Positions 27,111 through 36,244 of a stretch of 64,000 nucleotides of DNA are shown here, in pieces. Under the pieces are notes generated by a model that saw only the letters and a program-made list of their open reading frames with translations, was not told the origin of the DNA and searched no databases. Both the position numbers and the translations under genes were made by a program. Positions within the stretch are counted from its first letter, which is position 1, and the number at the start of each line of letters is the position of its first letter. Source of the stretch: a virus. The stretch lies in IMG/VR virus record IMGVR_UViG_3300020170_000001, positions 1-64,000 of that record; one strand, 5' to 3'.

Positions 27111-27454
27111 ATCGGGACTAACGGGTCTCGCCTGTTATCCGTCACGGCCTGCCCACGGACGTCCCCCTGCCAAAGGCCCGGTCTGGTCGCCGGAGCCGCC
27201 ATCAAAGCAGCGCTCGGCATCCTGGCACAGAGTGACCGAGATAGACGATCCTCTTCGCGGAGTGACGCAAAGTCATGCCCAAAACCTCAAAAATTCCTGG
27301 TCCCGCCGAGCCCCCGGAGGCCCAATTTTCGTTCCCTTAGTTATCACTGTGGAAAGAGGCGAATGAACAGTTGTTCTTACAAACGAGTGGATCATGAAAA
27401 GGTTACGGCAAGGAGCGCAACTACTTTCCGTTACCCTCCTGGCCGGTAATGCCC

Positions 27455-27772
27455 TCAGTACTGATCGCGGAGCGTGCCTGCGTCCTCCGCCTCGAACTGC
27501 GAACGGGTCAGGGTCCGGATCCGATGGTGGTCGCGGACGCGCCCCAGATCCCAACTGCCGACCTCGGCATAGGCCGTGGCGCAGCCGCCTTTGGCGGAGG
27601 CCAGCATCCGGGCGATCTGTTCTTCGGCGGCGGCTCTCCTGGACTTCGGAAAGGACGCCAACGCGAGATGGTTTCTGAGAGTCTCAGCTTCGTAGGCGAG
27701 AGCGGATCGCAAAAGGAAGATCTCGTCGAGAGCGCGCCCGTAGTGGCGCAGCATCCAGTCAGGATCGGTCAT
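27455..27772 (-). CDS. hypothetical protein
   Basis: GAGG RBS before MTDPDW. Confidence 0.6.
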   Translation of the reverse strand: MTDPDWMLRHYGRALDEIFLLRSALAYEAETLRNHLALASFPKSRRAAAEEQIARMLASAKGGCATAYAEVGSWDLGRVRDHHRIRTLTRSQFEAEDAGTLRDQY

Positions 27773-27782
27773 GCGCCGTACC

Positions 27783-27953
27783 TCAGCGCCGCGGTGTCGA
27801 CCCACCAGCCAGTACAAGGGCACTGGCCGGGCATTGCGCCAACGGCATGACCCGGTCGGGGTGCTGGGGAACAACCAGCGTGTTCTCCGCGGTCTCGGAG
27901 CACACGATGATCAGTTCCCCGCACGTGGGGCAGATGATCGGCATGGCGTCCAT
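27783..27953 (-). CDS. small Zn-binding protein (not in ORF track)
   Basis: MDAMPIICPTCG...PQH...CPAS; leaderless behind TTGCAC-N18-CATCTT. Confidence 0.6.
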   Translation of the reverse strand: MDAMPIICPTCGELIIVCSETAENTLVVPQHPDRVMPLAQCPASALVLAGGSTPRR

Positions 27954-28048
27954 GATTCAAAGATGGCAGAACGTGAAGCATGTGTGCAACTTTCGTTTAC
28001 GGGTGAACCGCCACCCGGCTTCCGATTTGGATCTGTTTTACTGACTCG

Positions 28049-28321
28049 ATGACGATGCCGAGCACCTGTTTCGCCGGCCGAGTGGTCTTCGCCGGGCCCC
28101 ATCTCGATCCGGAGCTCAACTGGGACCGACCGTGCCCGATCCCACCCGAGTGCATGGTGCCGACCCAGCCGCCGATGTACTTCTGCTGCCAGCACTACGA
28201 CGCCGTCATGAATCACCTGTATGCCACCTTCGATCGGATGGGCTTCGTCGATCACAGAATCCTTGCCGGGCCACCGGACGAATTCGACAGGATGATCGAA
28301 CGGCTACGGCAGGATCAGTGA
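28049..28321 (+). CDS. hypothetical protein
   Basis: 90 aa, Cys-containing. Confidence 0.55.
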   Translation: MTMPSTCFAGRVVFAGPHLDPELNWDRPCPIPPECMVPTQPPMYFCCQHYDAVMNHLYATFDRMGFVDHRILAGPPDEFDRMIERLRQDQ

Positions 28322-28534
28322 ACGCCGCAGAGCGCTGACGCGGACCTCGATGCGCCGCGTGCGCCATGTGCTCGTCGCGGTCGGCCGTTGCTCGCCGTCG
28401 AGCACGACCCAGCCTTCCTGGATCTCGCCGACGGTCAGGAGCATGAATTCGATCCGGCCGCCACCACTACGGTGGTCGCCCTTCGCGATGTTCAGGACCA
28501 TCCCCGCGCCGAGCATGACTCCCCCGAGTTCCAT
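28304..28534 (-). CDS. small beta-rich protein associated with the XRE regulator
   Basis: GWVVLDG.Q...R.I.VRV.AL. Confidence 0.65.
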   Translation of the reverse strand: MELGGVMLGAGMVLNIAKGDHRSGGGRIEFMLLTVGEIQEGWVVLDGEQRPTATSTWRTRRIEVRVSALRRSLILP

Positions 28535-28559
28535 GATGGCTCTCCGTTCGTCTACCGCG

Positions 28560-28964
28560 TTACTGGTCCGAACGTCCGACCCCGGGCGGAGACACGGTCG
28601 GCTCAGCGGGTTCCGCTGTCCGTGTATCGGCGGCAGGCGCATCAGCGGGGTCAAGGAAGCGGCCGACATTGACCAGCAGGGTCCGCAGCCGGATTCGCCC
28701 GTCCTCCAGCTCCTGGACGCCCTCGATGAGCACGTATTCGGTTGCCGCGCCGTCATCCTTGTCACCCGGAAGGATGACGTAGCCACCTACCCAGGTGACA
28801 CGCACCTCGATCGGCGCAGGGGTCAGCCACGAGTCGTCGTAGAGATACTCCCCCGACTGCAGCTCCAGTCGGTCGCCCTTGGCCAGGACCGTGTCGCCAA
28901 TCAGCACCTGCTCATCGCCCATGTCTCGCAAGGGCATCGTCATGGTGCGATCCTCTGTCGACAT
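28560..28964 (-). CDS. small beta-rich protein, apparent paralog of 28304-28534
   Basis: YVLIEG.Q...RTLLVNV; GGAGG RBS. Confidence 0.65.
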   Translation of the reverse strand: MSTEDRTMTMPLRDMGDEQVLIGDTVLAKGDRLELQSGEYLYDDSWLTPAPIEVRVTWVGGYVILPGDKDDGAATEYVLIEGVQELEDGRIRLRTLLVNVGRFLDPADAPAADTRTAEPAEPTVSPPGVGRSDQ

Positions 28965-29115
28965 AATGGCCTCCGGTGTGGATCAGCGGGTTGAGGAGCG
29001 CGGTGGCCTAGGGCCCTGGGGGAGCGATCGACCACCACGCTCCGGTGTAGCCTTGCTCTACGCTGCGTAAATCGGTACTCCTTGATCGTCCGGTTCCGTC
29101 CGGAAGTGAGCGGTG

Positions 29116-30324
29116 ATGGTCGACAGGTTCGGTGAGGCCTTGCGACAGTTGCGCAAGGACAGAGGGTGGTCTCTCGCCCAGCTGGCTCAGCATGTTCGCT
29201 GGTCGAAGTCGGTTCTCGCAGACATCGAGACCGGTCTACAACAGCCCAGCGTCGAGCAAGCCCTGGCGTGCGACCGCGTCTTCGAGACCTTTCCGATCTT
29301 GACGACCCTCTGCGGACTCGAACGGAAGGACGACGACGTGCGGCGCAGGGCATTGATGAGCGGGTTCGCAGCGGCCATGGGGGTCGGCGCGCTTACCTCC
29401 CTCGCCGCGTTCGCCGAGGTGATCCGCCTAGACGTTCAGGAGGCCGCCGGTATCGAACAGGACTGGGACGCCGAAATCCGATCCTTCCAACGCCGGCTGG
29501 TCACGGCACCGAGCGCGACCTTCGGCGATGAACTCCTGGCCTCGACGTTGACCGCCCGGCAACGGATGACCGAACGCCGCGACCCGGACGCGACCCGGGC
29601 CAGCGCGCACTTCGGCCTACTCTACGGCATCTGGATGGGCTACCTCGGCAACATCAACACCGGTCAAAACCAGTACCGGACCGCGGCGCTGCTGGCCGAG
29701 CGCAGCGGAGATCGCAACACGCAGGTGTACGTGCTGGCTCGCATCGCCTCCGGCGGTCCGTACCAGGGGTTGAGCCGCGCCGAGACCGAGAACAACATCG
29801 CGCAAGCCCTGGCCCTCGCCGGAGACCGCCCATCGACCGGAGCGCTGGAGGCGCATGCCGCCACCGTGCACCTCGCGGCGCTAACCGGTGACCTAGCCTC
29901 CGGCCGCAGCGCGATGCAGCGCATGCAGCAGTTGCTTGACCGGCTCGACGAGCCGCCGGACGAGCCGGCCCCGGCGCAGCGCACGGCGTCGTTCGCCGTC
30001 TACCTAGAGGGTCGGCTGGGCACGCTGAACGACGCTCAGCGGGCCATTGATCGGGCGCGCCCGCTGCTGGCTCCGCTCCCGCAGTGGCAAGAAGAGGCCC
30101 AGCTGTACTGGGCGTTGGCGTTGATCCGTCACGGCCTGGCCGAGGAAGGCCTTCAAACGGCGCTGGCGGCCGTGCGCAGCGTGCCGTACCCGATTCGCAC
30201 GCTGCGGCTTGGGGTCGACGACGTTCTGCGCACGCTGCCGCCGGGTTACCGTAGTGAGCTGAGCGAAGAGCTGCGGCAGCACGGCACCACCGGACCGAAG
30301 CCTTGGGAGTTGATCAGAGCATGA
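29116..30324 (+). CDS. XRE-family HTH regulator with large helical C-terminal domain
   Basis: FGEALRQLRKDRGWSLAQLA...LADIETG; 'DDVRRRALM' linker typical of actinomycete XRE proteins. Confidence 0.85.
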   Translation: MVDRFGEALRQLRKDRGWSLAQLAQHVRWSKSVLADIETGLQQPSVEQALACDRVFETFPILTTLCGLERKDDDVRRRALMSGFAAAMGVGALTSLAAFAEVIRLDVQEAAGIEQDWDAEIRSFQRRLVTAPSATFGDELLASTLTARQRMTERRDPDATRASAHFGLLYGIWMGYLGNINTGQNQYRTAALLAERSGDRNTQVYVLARIASGGPYQGLSRAETENNIAQALALAGDRPSTGALEAHAATVHLAALTGDLASGRSAMQRMQQLLDRLDEPPDEPAPAQRTASFAVYLEGRLGTLNDAQRAIDRARPLLAPLPQWQEEAQLYWALALIRHGLAEEGLQTALAAVRSVPYPIRTLRLGVDDVLRTLPPGYRSELSEELRQHGTTGPKPWELIRA

Positions 30325-30779
30325 CCAAGCCGCGCCGGCACGAGCCGTCGGATCTGCCCCCCGAAGTCGAGCAGCGGCTGAACCTGCTGGCCGCCTCGGT
30401 CGCCGCGGAGCTCACCACCGAGGGAATGGAGCAGTTCCGCAAGGAGGCGCTGGAGCATCTGCAGCGCGTCGACGAGGCGGCGACCAGCGGCGGCCAGCCT
30501 CGCCGGCCTGGTCACCGGGGAAGCCTCGATCGGCTCCAGCGCAGCGAGGCCGTCCCGCGGGTGTGGCGGGTAAAAGCCACGCTGGCCGATGGCGGGGAGT
30601 ACGACGAGTACGTCCTCGCCCGCTCCTCCGTCGACGCCGCGATGGTGCTCGGCGATCACATCCGAGAAGCCCGCGGCGTCGAGCCGGACGGCCAGGCGGG
30701 CATCACCGACATCGACGCCTTCAGAGCGGGCGGTGAGTGCGCGTCGCTGGCCATAAACCGCGATCAGCGTCCGCTCTAG
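30321..30779 (+). CDS. hypothetical protein
   Basis: ATGA overlap with the XRE gene. Confidence 0.65.
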   Translation: MTKPRRHEPSDLPPEVEQRLNLLAASVAAELTTEGMEQFRKEALEHLQRVDEAATSGGQPRRPGHRGSLDRLQRSEAVPRVWRVKATLADGGEYDEYVLARSSVDAAMVLGDHIREARGVEPDGQAGITDIDAFRAGGECASLAINRDQRPL

Positions 30780-30906
30780 CGGTGTTGGGCGCAGTCTCCC
30801 CACACGTAGCCGGGGATCTCACCGACGAACCCAAGCGGGAGGCCACGATCGGCCAGAGACTCGTCCCGGTCCATAGGGAAGCATCGAAGATTCCTCACAG
30901 TTGAAC

Positions 30907-30952
30907 GACGGGGACCCGTTTCATTGGGAACAACCCCACCGGGGTCCCCGTC
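30907..30952 (-). terminator. hairpin
   Basis: GACGGGGACCC / GGGTCCCCGTC. Confidence 0.6.
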
Positions 30953-30958
30953 CGCTTA

Positions 30959-31007
30959 GGTGCCCGTCTTTCCGAGCTGTCAGCTTGGCCTTTAGAGGAC
31001 TCCCCGC
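30959..31007 (-). ncRNA. small structured RNA element ending GACAGCTCGGAAAGACGGGCACC
   Basis: GCTCG-GAAAGA-CGGGC hairpin; motif recalled from phage stable-RNA 3' ends. Confidence 0.5.
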
Positions 31008-31142
31008 TTATGTTGTCGGGTTGGCGTGGTGCAGCCCGTTGACGGTGCTCTCGGGACGGCCAGTGGCCAGGTGAACGAAGATCCCGCTGGCACGCCCAAC
31101 CGGCTCGCCGCATTTCCGGCAAATCATCCCAGGTTTGGTCAT
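31008..31142 (-). CDS. 44-aa Zn-finger-like protein (not in ORF track)
   Basis: MTKPGMICRKCGEPV...FVH...HHANP; leaderless behind TATGTT. Confidence 0.6.
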   Translation of the reverse strand: MTKPGMICRKCGEPVGRASGIFVHLATGRPESTVNGLHHANPTT

Positions 31143-31215
31143 TGCTGGAACATACCAGTCAGAACCTCTGCCGGCCCCTAGGTCGTTCAGCCAGACCTGG
31201 CCGGCCCCCTAGACA

Positions 31216-31266
31216 GGCGACGACGTGCCGGCCCTTCGGGGATGAGGCTGCCGGCACGTCGTCGCC
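31216..31266 (-). terminator. perfect 17-bp hairpin
   Basis: GGCGACGACGTGCCGGC / GCCGGCACGTCGTCGCC. Confidence 0.7.
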
Positions 31267-31288
31267 CTCGCATGGCGGGCGAAAAGAC

Positions 31289-31600
31289 TCAGTCGTCGAA
31301 GTAGCTGAAGAAGGACTCGCCCGAGCCGTGCGGCTTGGCTTCCTGAACGTCTTTGCGCGGATGGTTGGCCAGCCACCGGGCGAACCAGTCCTTCCACTCC
31401 TGCATGGAATAGACGTCAACGTGGCCGAGCCGGCGAACCGGATAGGGGCACTCGACAGAGGTCCGATGGGCCAGCCACCAGTCCACCCGGAAGTGCGTGA
31501 CGTTCAGGATCCGGGATATATCCCGGCGACTGCCCAGGTCGGCATAGATCTCGGCGAGCGACCACGGGGTGATCTTGTTCCCGCCGAAGTAGTCGGTCAT
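31289..31600 (-). CDS. putative winged-HTH (AlpA-like) protein
   Basis: RRDISRILNV...VDWW...P.PV..L...VY...EW..W. Confidence 0.55.
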   Translation of the reverse strand: MTDYFGGNKITPWSLAEIYADLGSRRDISRILNVTHFRVDWWLAHRTSVECPYPVRRLGHVDVYSMQEWKDWFARWLANHPRKDVQEAKPHGSGESFFSYFDD

Positions 31601-31962
31601 AGCAGGGTCACGCCGTAGTTGCGGATGTCGTGATCGCTCTTGGAATTGCGAGGCACGATCACGTACTCGTCGAATCCACTGGCACGAGCGAACTGCTGGG
31701 CGTTCTCGACGTACTTGAACTCGCCCTTCAAGTTGTCCTTGAAAACCTTCACGTGGCACCAGAACTCGGACACCAGGTCGGTGTTGAGTTGAAATTGCAG
31801 ATCTTCGTGGCGGACCCGACCGTCTAGGTTCTCTTTTGCCCAGGCGCGTGCGGCTTCAAGGCAGGGGGCCGCGGCGTCGGTGCCGGACATGGTGACGGTG
31901 TGGACGATCACCCATTCGCGTCGGTAGAGCCGCCAACTGTCGTCGGTCTCCCTGTAGTTCAT
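31597..31962 (-). CDS. hypothetical protein
   Basis: 121 aa. Confidence 0.7.
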   Translation of the reverse strand: MNYRETDDSWRLYRREWVIVHTVTMSGTDAAAPCLEAARAWAKENLDGRVRHEDLQFQLNTDLVSEFWCHVKVFKDNLKGEFKYVENAQQFARASGFDEYVIVPRNSKSDHDIRNYGVTLL

Positions 31963-32231
31963 GCCCGCTCCGGCACAACGACGAGTTTTCCTTCGATCGC
32001 CACGATCTTCTCTTTCAGCCGTTCCTTCAGCTTCTTGGTGAAGTCATCGTCGCCCGCGTCTTTCACCTGGTGCCAGCAGTAGATGTTCAGCAGAAAGATC
32101 AGGGACTGCCACCAGGGCAACTTGCCATCAATCAGGAAGCGCAACACTGGCTGGGCCAGGACGTAACCGAGGGCGGGCCACTTGGTCCACTTCCATACGC
32201 TATTCAACCTGCGCGGCCTCCCTCTCACCAT
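31959..32231 (-). CDS. small membrane protein
   Basis: Two hydrophobic segments plus a basic tail. Confidence 0.6.
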   Translation of the reverse strand: MVRGRPRRLNSVWKWTKWPALGYVLAQPVLRFLIDGKLPWWQSLIFLLNIYCWHQVKDAGDDDFTKKLKERLKEKIVAIEGKLVVVPERA

Positions 32232-33184
32232 AAAGCCACCAGCGCCTCAAGCACCCCGACACGGGCACCGGTACGCAGGGCGTCATCTAGTACGGCCAGA
32301 ACGCGGCGGCGATGCGTGCAGCTCTTCGTGTCGTAGTGCCGGGCGTGCGGCATGTATTGCCGTAGCAGGTACGGATTGATCCCGGTGGCGTCACGCCAGC
32401 TCTGCCCGGCGACTTGGATGCGGTGCAGCCGCTCCAGCAGATCGAGCCGGGAATCGAGTAGGGCGACGGTTTTGATCTGGTCGGATTCGCCCAGCTCAGC
32501 CATGTTCAGCAGGGCTTTGCGCTTGTCCAGGGCGATGAGATTGTCGGCGAAGCCCTGCGTCGGTGTCTCGACGACCAGAGCGTTGATGGTCGCCGGCCCG
32601 GCCTTTCCGTCGAACAGCGCGATCTTGGTGCAGACCGCGGCGGCGGCGGTGAGGTTTCCACCCGTTCGGGTGAGCAGGTGCCGGGCGGTGGGCTCGTCGA
32701 GCGGAGCGCGGCGGGCGACCCAGCTCAGGGCGTCGGCGTCGGTGAGCGCGCTGCACTTCACCAGGGACCCGCGGGGGGCCTTGAGCTGGGCTACGTGGGC
32801 CTTGAGGTGTTTGCGCCCGCCGACGGATGTGCTGGGTAGGTCTGCTTCGCTGCTGACGAACACAAGGTAGACGCCGGGCAGGCTGCGGGTGCGCCCGAGC
32901 CAGGTCTCCAGCTGGCCCCAGCGGGTCAGCTTGTCGGCGTCGCGGATCAGGATCATCCGGTTCGCGCCGGGGTTGAGTGGATACTGGTTGGCTTCGGCCC
33001 AGACGTCACGCTCGAACGTCGGGTTGAAAGACAGGCTGACATAGTCCAGATCGGAGACGTTCAGCTTGTTCTTCACAGTATCGACGACTTCCTCGATCAG
33101 GATCGGTTGGTCACCGCAGACCCACGTGACCCGGCGAAGGTCTCCGGCGTCGATGGCGGTGCGCCATTGCTGGTAGCTTCCGAT
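32225..33184 (-). CDS. DNA Pol III delta (HolA)-like clamp-loader subunit; probable ATC start
   Basis: RRVTWVCGDQPILIEE...NRMILIRDADKL...TGGNL...KIALF. Confidence 0.6.
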   Translation of the reverse strand: MGSYQQWRTAIDAGDLRRVTWVCGDQPILIEEVVDTVKNKLNVSDLDYVSLSFNPTFERDVWAEANQYPLNPGANRMILIRDADKLTRWGQLETWLGRTRSLPGVYLVFVSSEADLPSTSVGGRKHLKAHVAQLKAPRGSLVKCSALTDADALSWVARRAPLDEPTARHLLTRTGGNLTAAAAVCTKIALFDGKAGPATINALVVETPTQGFADNLIALDKRKALLNMAELGESDQIKTVALLDSRLDLLERLHRIQVAGQSWRDATGINPYLLRQYMPHARHYDTKSCTHRRRVLAVLDDALRTGARVGVLEALVALW

Positions 33185-33190
33185 CTCAGA

Positions 33191-33355
33191 TCACCATTCG
33201 AGGTGTGTTTCGGTCTTACCTTGCCGGCGTTCCCGGCGACGCATACGGCGTTTGATGGCGGAGGCGACCCCCGCGCGCTTCAGGTAGCAGTAGCGCCGAC
33301 GCCAGTAACGCGAGACGACATCGTATTCTTCGGGTCGCACCGCCGCGCGTTTCAT
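33191..33355 (-). CDS. small Arg-rich protein
   Basis: EYDVVSRYWRR.Y..L.RAG....IKRRMRRRER; GGAGGA RBS. Confidence 0.7.
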   Translation of the reverse strand: MKRAAVRPEEYDVVSRYWRRRYCYLKRAGVASAIKRRMRRRERRQGKTETHLEW

Positions 33356-33528
33356 GTCTCCTCCAGTCCGTATTCGTCGTAGAGACCTGAGATCTCCACG
33401 CATTCCTTGCTGCTCGTGCATTCGCCGCCGCACTCGTCGCACACTTCGTCGGCGTAGATCGCCTGAACCTCGCGGGAGCAGCCGTCCAGGTCGAACAGCG
33501 CCATCTGACCTTCCAATTCTTGGCTCAT
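33352..33528 (-). CDS. small acidic Cys protein
   Basis: CDECGGEC. Confidence 0.55.
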   Translation of the reverse strand: MSQELEGQMALFDLDGCSREVQAIYADEVCDECGGECTSSKECVEISGLYDEYGLEET

Positions 33529-33680
33529 GTCAGCGAGTGCTCTGCGAGGCGAGCGGAGTCGACGATCATCGTCCAGACCTGCCCGCAGGAAACACATTCC
33601 AACTGCTGTGGCTGGCTGTGGGTTCTGGCGTCCACGCGGGACGCGCAGCAGGGACAGACCAGCACGACGTTGCGTAACAA
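33525..33680 (-). CDS. Zn-ribbon protein (not in ORF track)
   Basis: AAGGAG RBS, TTG start; CPCC...CVSC. Confidence 0.6.
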   Translation of the reverse strand: MLRNVVLVCPCCASRVDARTHSQPQQLECVSCGQVWTMIVDSARLAEHSLT

Positions 33681-33690
33681 CCAGGGCTCC

Positions 33691-34485
33691 TTATCGTGAG
33701 AGGAACGGCTCCAGCGCCGCTCGTACGCCTAATCGGGGCCGTGCGCCGGGGAGCCGCGTGACGGCGGAGACCATGCGCCAGAGCCTGATCCGCTCGTGGT
33801 GCAGGCCGAAACTGTCGGCCTCGGCGAAGGTGTTCCAGCGGTGCGTCAGGCACTCGGTGAAGAACGTGGTTAGCAGGTCGGTGCAGGCGCTGTCCCAGGC
33901 GGCGCAGGCGGCGAGGAACAGGTCGCGATCGCGGGTCGCCAACGCCTTGGCGAGGTTGACAACCTGGGTCTTCTGGACCTCGCGGCCCTCTGCCTGGTAG
34001 CCGCGGGCGACCTGCCCGCGGGCGAAGGCGGCGGCGCGGTGTGCCTTCGCGACGGTGAAGCCCTGGGTGCGGTACACCGATTCCAGTTCGCCGGCGGACA
34101 GCAGCCCCAGCTCGAACACGGTGCAGCGGCTCGCCACGGTGGGCAGGGTCTTGGCATCAGCGGTGAACAGGAATTTCACCCGCGGTGGCGGCTCTTCCAG
34201 GGTCTTGAGCAGAGCGTTGAGGGCGGGTCGGCTGGAGTCGTCGAGCCGGGCGAGGATGAGCTTGAAGTCGCCGTGCGGCGCGCGAGCTGCGTAGGCGGTG
34301 ACCAGCCGAACCGTCTCGATGCTCAGCCCGTGCGGCACTTCCCAGCGGTCGATGGTGCGCACCTGGTGGTGCTCGGCGAGGTGGGTGGCCAGGGTCCACT
34401 TGCCGACGCTGGCCGGCCCGCACAGCAGGGTAGCGGCAGGCAGCTCGCGTTCGAGGTAGTGCCGAGCGGCGAGGTGGCCGATCAC
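33691..34485 (-). CDS. DNA Pol III delta-prime (HolB)-like clamp-loader subunit
   Basis: LLCGPASVGKWT, ALNALLKTLEEPP, LPTVASRC. Confidence 0.9.
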   Translation of the reverse strand: MIGHLAARHYLERELPAATLLCGPASVGKWTLATHLAEHHQVRTIDRWEVPHGLSIETVRLVTAYAARAPHGDFKLILARLDDSSRPALNALLKTLEEPPPRVKFLFTADAKTLPTVASRCTVFELGLLSAGELESVYRTQGFTVAKAHRAAAFARGQVARGYQAEGREVQKTQVVNLAKALATRDRDLFLAACAAWDSACTDLLTTFFTECLTHRWNTFAEADSFGLHHERIRLWRMVSAVTRLPGARPRLGVRAALEPFLSR

Positions 34486-35213
34486 TGCTCTTCCTTGGCG
34501 TGGGTCCGGCGTGGACGCTTGGCCGGCACCGGCAGCCCGTAGATCTCGGCGAGGTTCTCCTTGAGCCACCACATCCAGGAATGCATGGCGGTCGAGCTGA
34601 CGCCGAACAGCTCGCGCAGGGCGCTGATGTCGTATTGGCCGGTGGCCAGGATCTGTTCGCGGGCGGCGTCGAACAGGGCGACCAGGTCGCACCGGTCGTG
34701 CGGACTGCGCCGGGGGACACGGGCCAGGATCTGCCGGACGCCGACCGCTTCCGCCTCTTCGTTCATGGTGTCGAGGACGTGGTCGGCGTGGTCCTCGTGC
34801 GGATCGCCGTAGACCTCGACCCAGGGAGCGTCAGCGCTGGAATGATAGCCTCCCGCGTCCCGAACGTTCATGGAGAAGTCAACGTCGCAGATCTGCAGTT
34901 CCCGGCGGGCGAGCTTCTTCAGCTTGTCGCGATGCCCGCGGGTATACATGTCGACGGCGCGCGACAAGTAGGACTTGAAACGCGCGGGGCGCATCTCCCC
35001 CATGTACTCGAAGTTGAGTTCGGGGTCGAACTTCTCCAGGGAGCCACGTTCCATGAAGCGCAGGAAGATCTCGCTGGCAACGTCTTCGCGGTTGTTGTCG
35101 TCGATGCCGAAACGGGCGCAGAGGTTGACGACGTACGGGTAGTACTGGGTGAAGAGATCAGCGTAATTCTTCGGCGCAGACACGTAGTCCACGTCGACGG
35201 CGATTGCGGTCAC
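34482..35213 (-). CDS. divergent sigma-70 (ECF-like) factor
   Basis: LFTQYYPYV...REDVASEIFLRF...KFDP...FKSYL; C-terminal HTH. Confidence 0.7.
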   Translation of the reverse strand: MTAIAVDVDYVSAPKNYADLFTQYYPYVVNLCARFGIDDNNREDVASEIFLRFMERGSLEKFDPELNFEYMGEMRPARFKSYLSRAVDMYTRGHRDKLKKLARRELQICDVDFSMNVRDAGGYHSSADAPWVEVYGDPHEDHADHVLDTMNEEAEAVGVRQILARVPRRSPHDRCDLVALFDAAREQILATGQYDISALRELFGVSSTAMHSWMWWLKENLAEIYGLPVPAKRPRRTHAKEEQ

Positions 35214-35405
35214 AGCGCTCCTTGAATCCCCTCGTTCAGGAATGCGGGTTCCCTGATATTCAGTTGTCGGCGTGTGGTGCGGGACCGGGGCGACCGTCAT
35301 TGGGCGCGGCAGGATCGACCCGGTCCCGAGCGTGTGGGCCGGAGCTAGGCGCTCGACGGCTGGAAGGTGCAAGACACGGCAAGCCCCCGCTTCGTGTGTC
35401 GGCTG

Positions 35406-35687
35406 CTATTCGAGAATGTCCGGCGGCCGTGCCCAGCGTGCAGCGCTGGCGGCTTGATGCCGGTTGATATCTGCGAAGCGCGCAGCAAGCCGCGTTCCGC
35501 GTTGCTCAGCGCGGGCGACCACGCTGTTGTCCTCGTTCCGAAATCGCTCGTACTCCGCTGCCGGAGCAAGGCAACGCTCAGGCTGGCGCTGAAAAAGGTC
35601 TATATATTGCGGACAGTCGACGAGGTGCAGACTGATCTTGCGCTGCGAATCAGTCCGACCGCACCCGGCACAACGTCCTGCTGCCAT
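35406..35687 (-). CDS. Zn-finger hypothetical protein
   Basis: CAGC...H..C; GAGGAGG RBS. Confidence 0.65.
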   Translation of the reverse strand: MAAGRCAGCGRTDSQRKISLHLVDCPQYIDLFQRQPERCLAPAAEYERFRNEDNSVVARAEQRGTRLAARFADINRHQAASAARWARPPDILE

Positions 35688-35968
35688 CGGAACCCTCCTC
35701 GCGGAGTAAGCGAAATCCTACGACCGTCCAACGACCTCCGCCACCCGCGGTAACGCAATATCGCTGTAGGTAGATACCGCAGCGGAATGGTTATCGATGA
35801 ATGGCAGGAGCTTGTTTCCCGGCGGAGTGAAGCCGGTGAGAGGACTATCCTAAACCGGACATCCCAGGACATGCCCGGTCACGCGGAAGAAAGAATCTTT
35901 TTTTTCTCCCGTCACCGGCTGCCGCCTTCCTCGTTACGCCCGCGAGAGACGCCACAGTAGATTGAGGG

Positions 35969-36244
35969 TTGACGATGGACAGGGACGAGCAGGATTGCGG
36001 ACACACCGAAGAGGACCACACCGAGATGCGAGAGCTGGTGAATCTGGTCCGAGTCGTGCAGACGATCGAGAACCCCCGGGTCGCGCTGATCGTCACCGAC
36101 AGCGGAGAGGTTCACTTCGCCACTTCGCTGCCGCCGGGCGAGGCCGCCAGGGCGCTGGCGCTCATGGCTGATCGAGTGCGCCGCTACGGAGGCAACTACG
36201 TTCACGATCACTTCGATCGCGCTCAGGCGTCGCCGTGGAATTGA
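35969..36244 (+). CDS. hypothetical protein
   Basis: 91 aa. Confidence 0.6.
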   Translation: MTMDRDEQDCGHTEEDHTEMRELVNLVRVVQTIENPRVALIVTDSGEVHFATSLPPGEAARALALMADRVRRYGGNYVHDHFDRAQASPWN

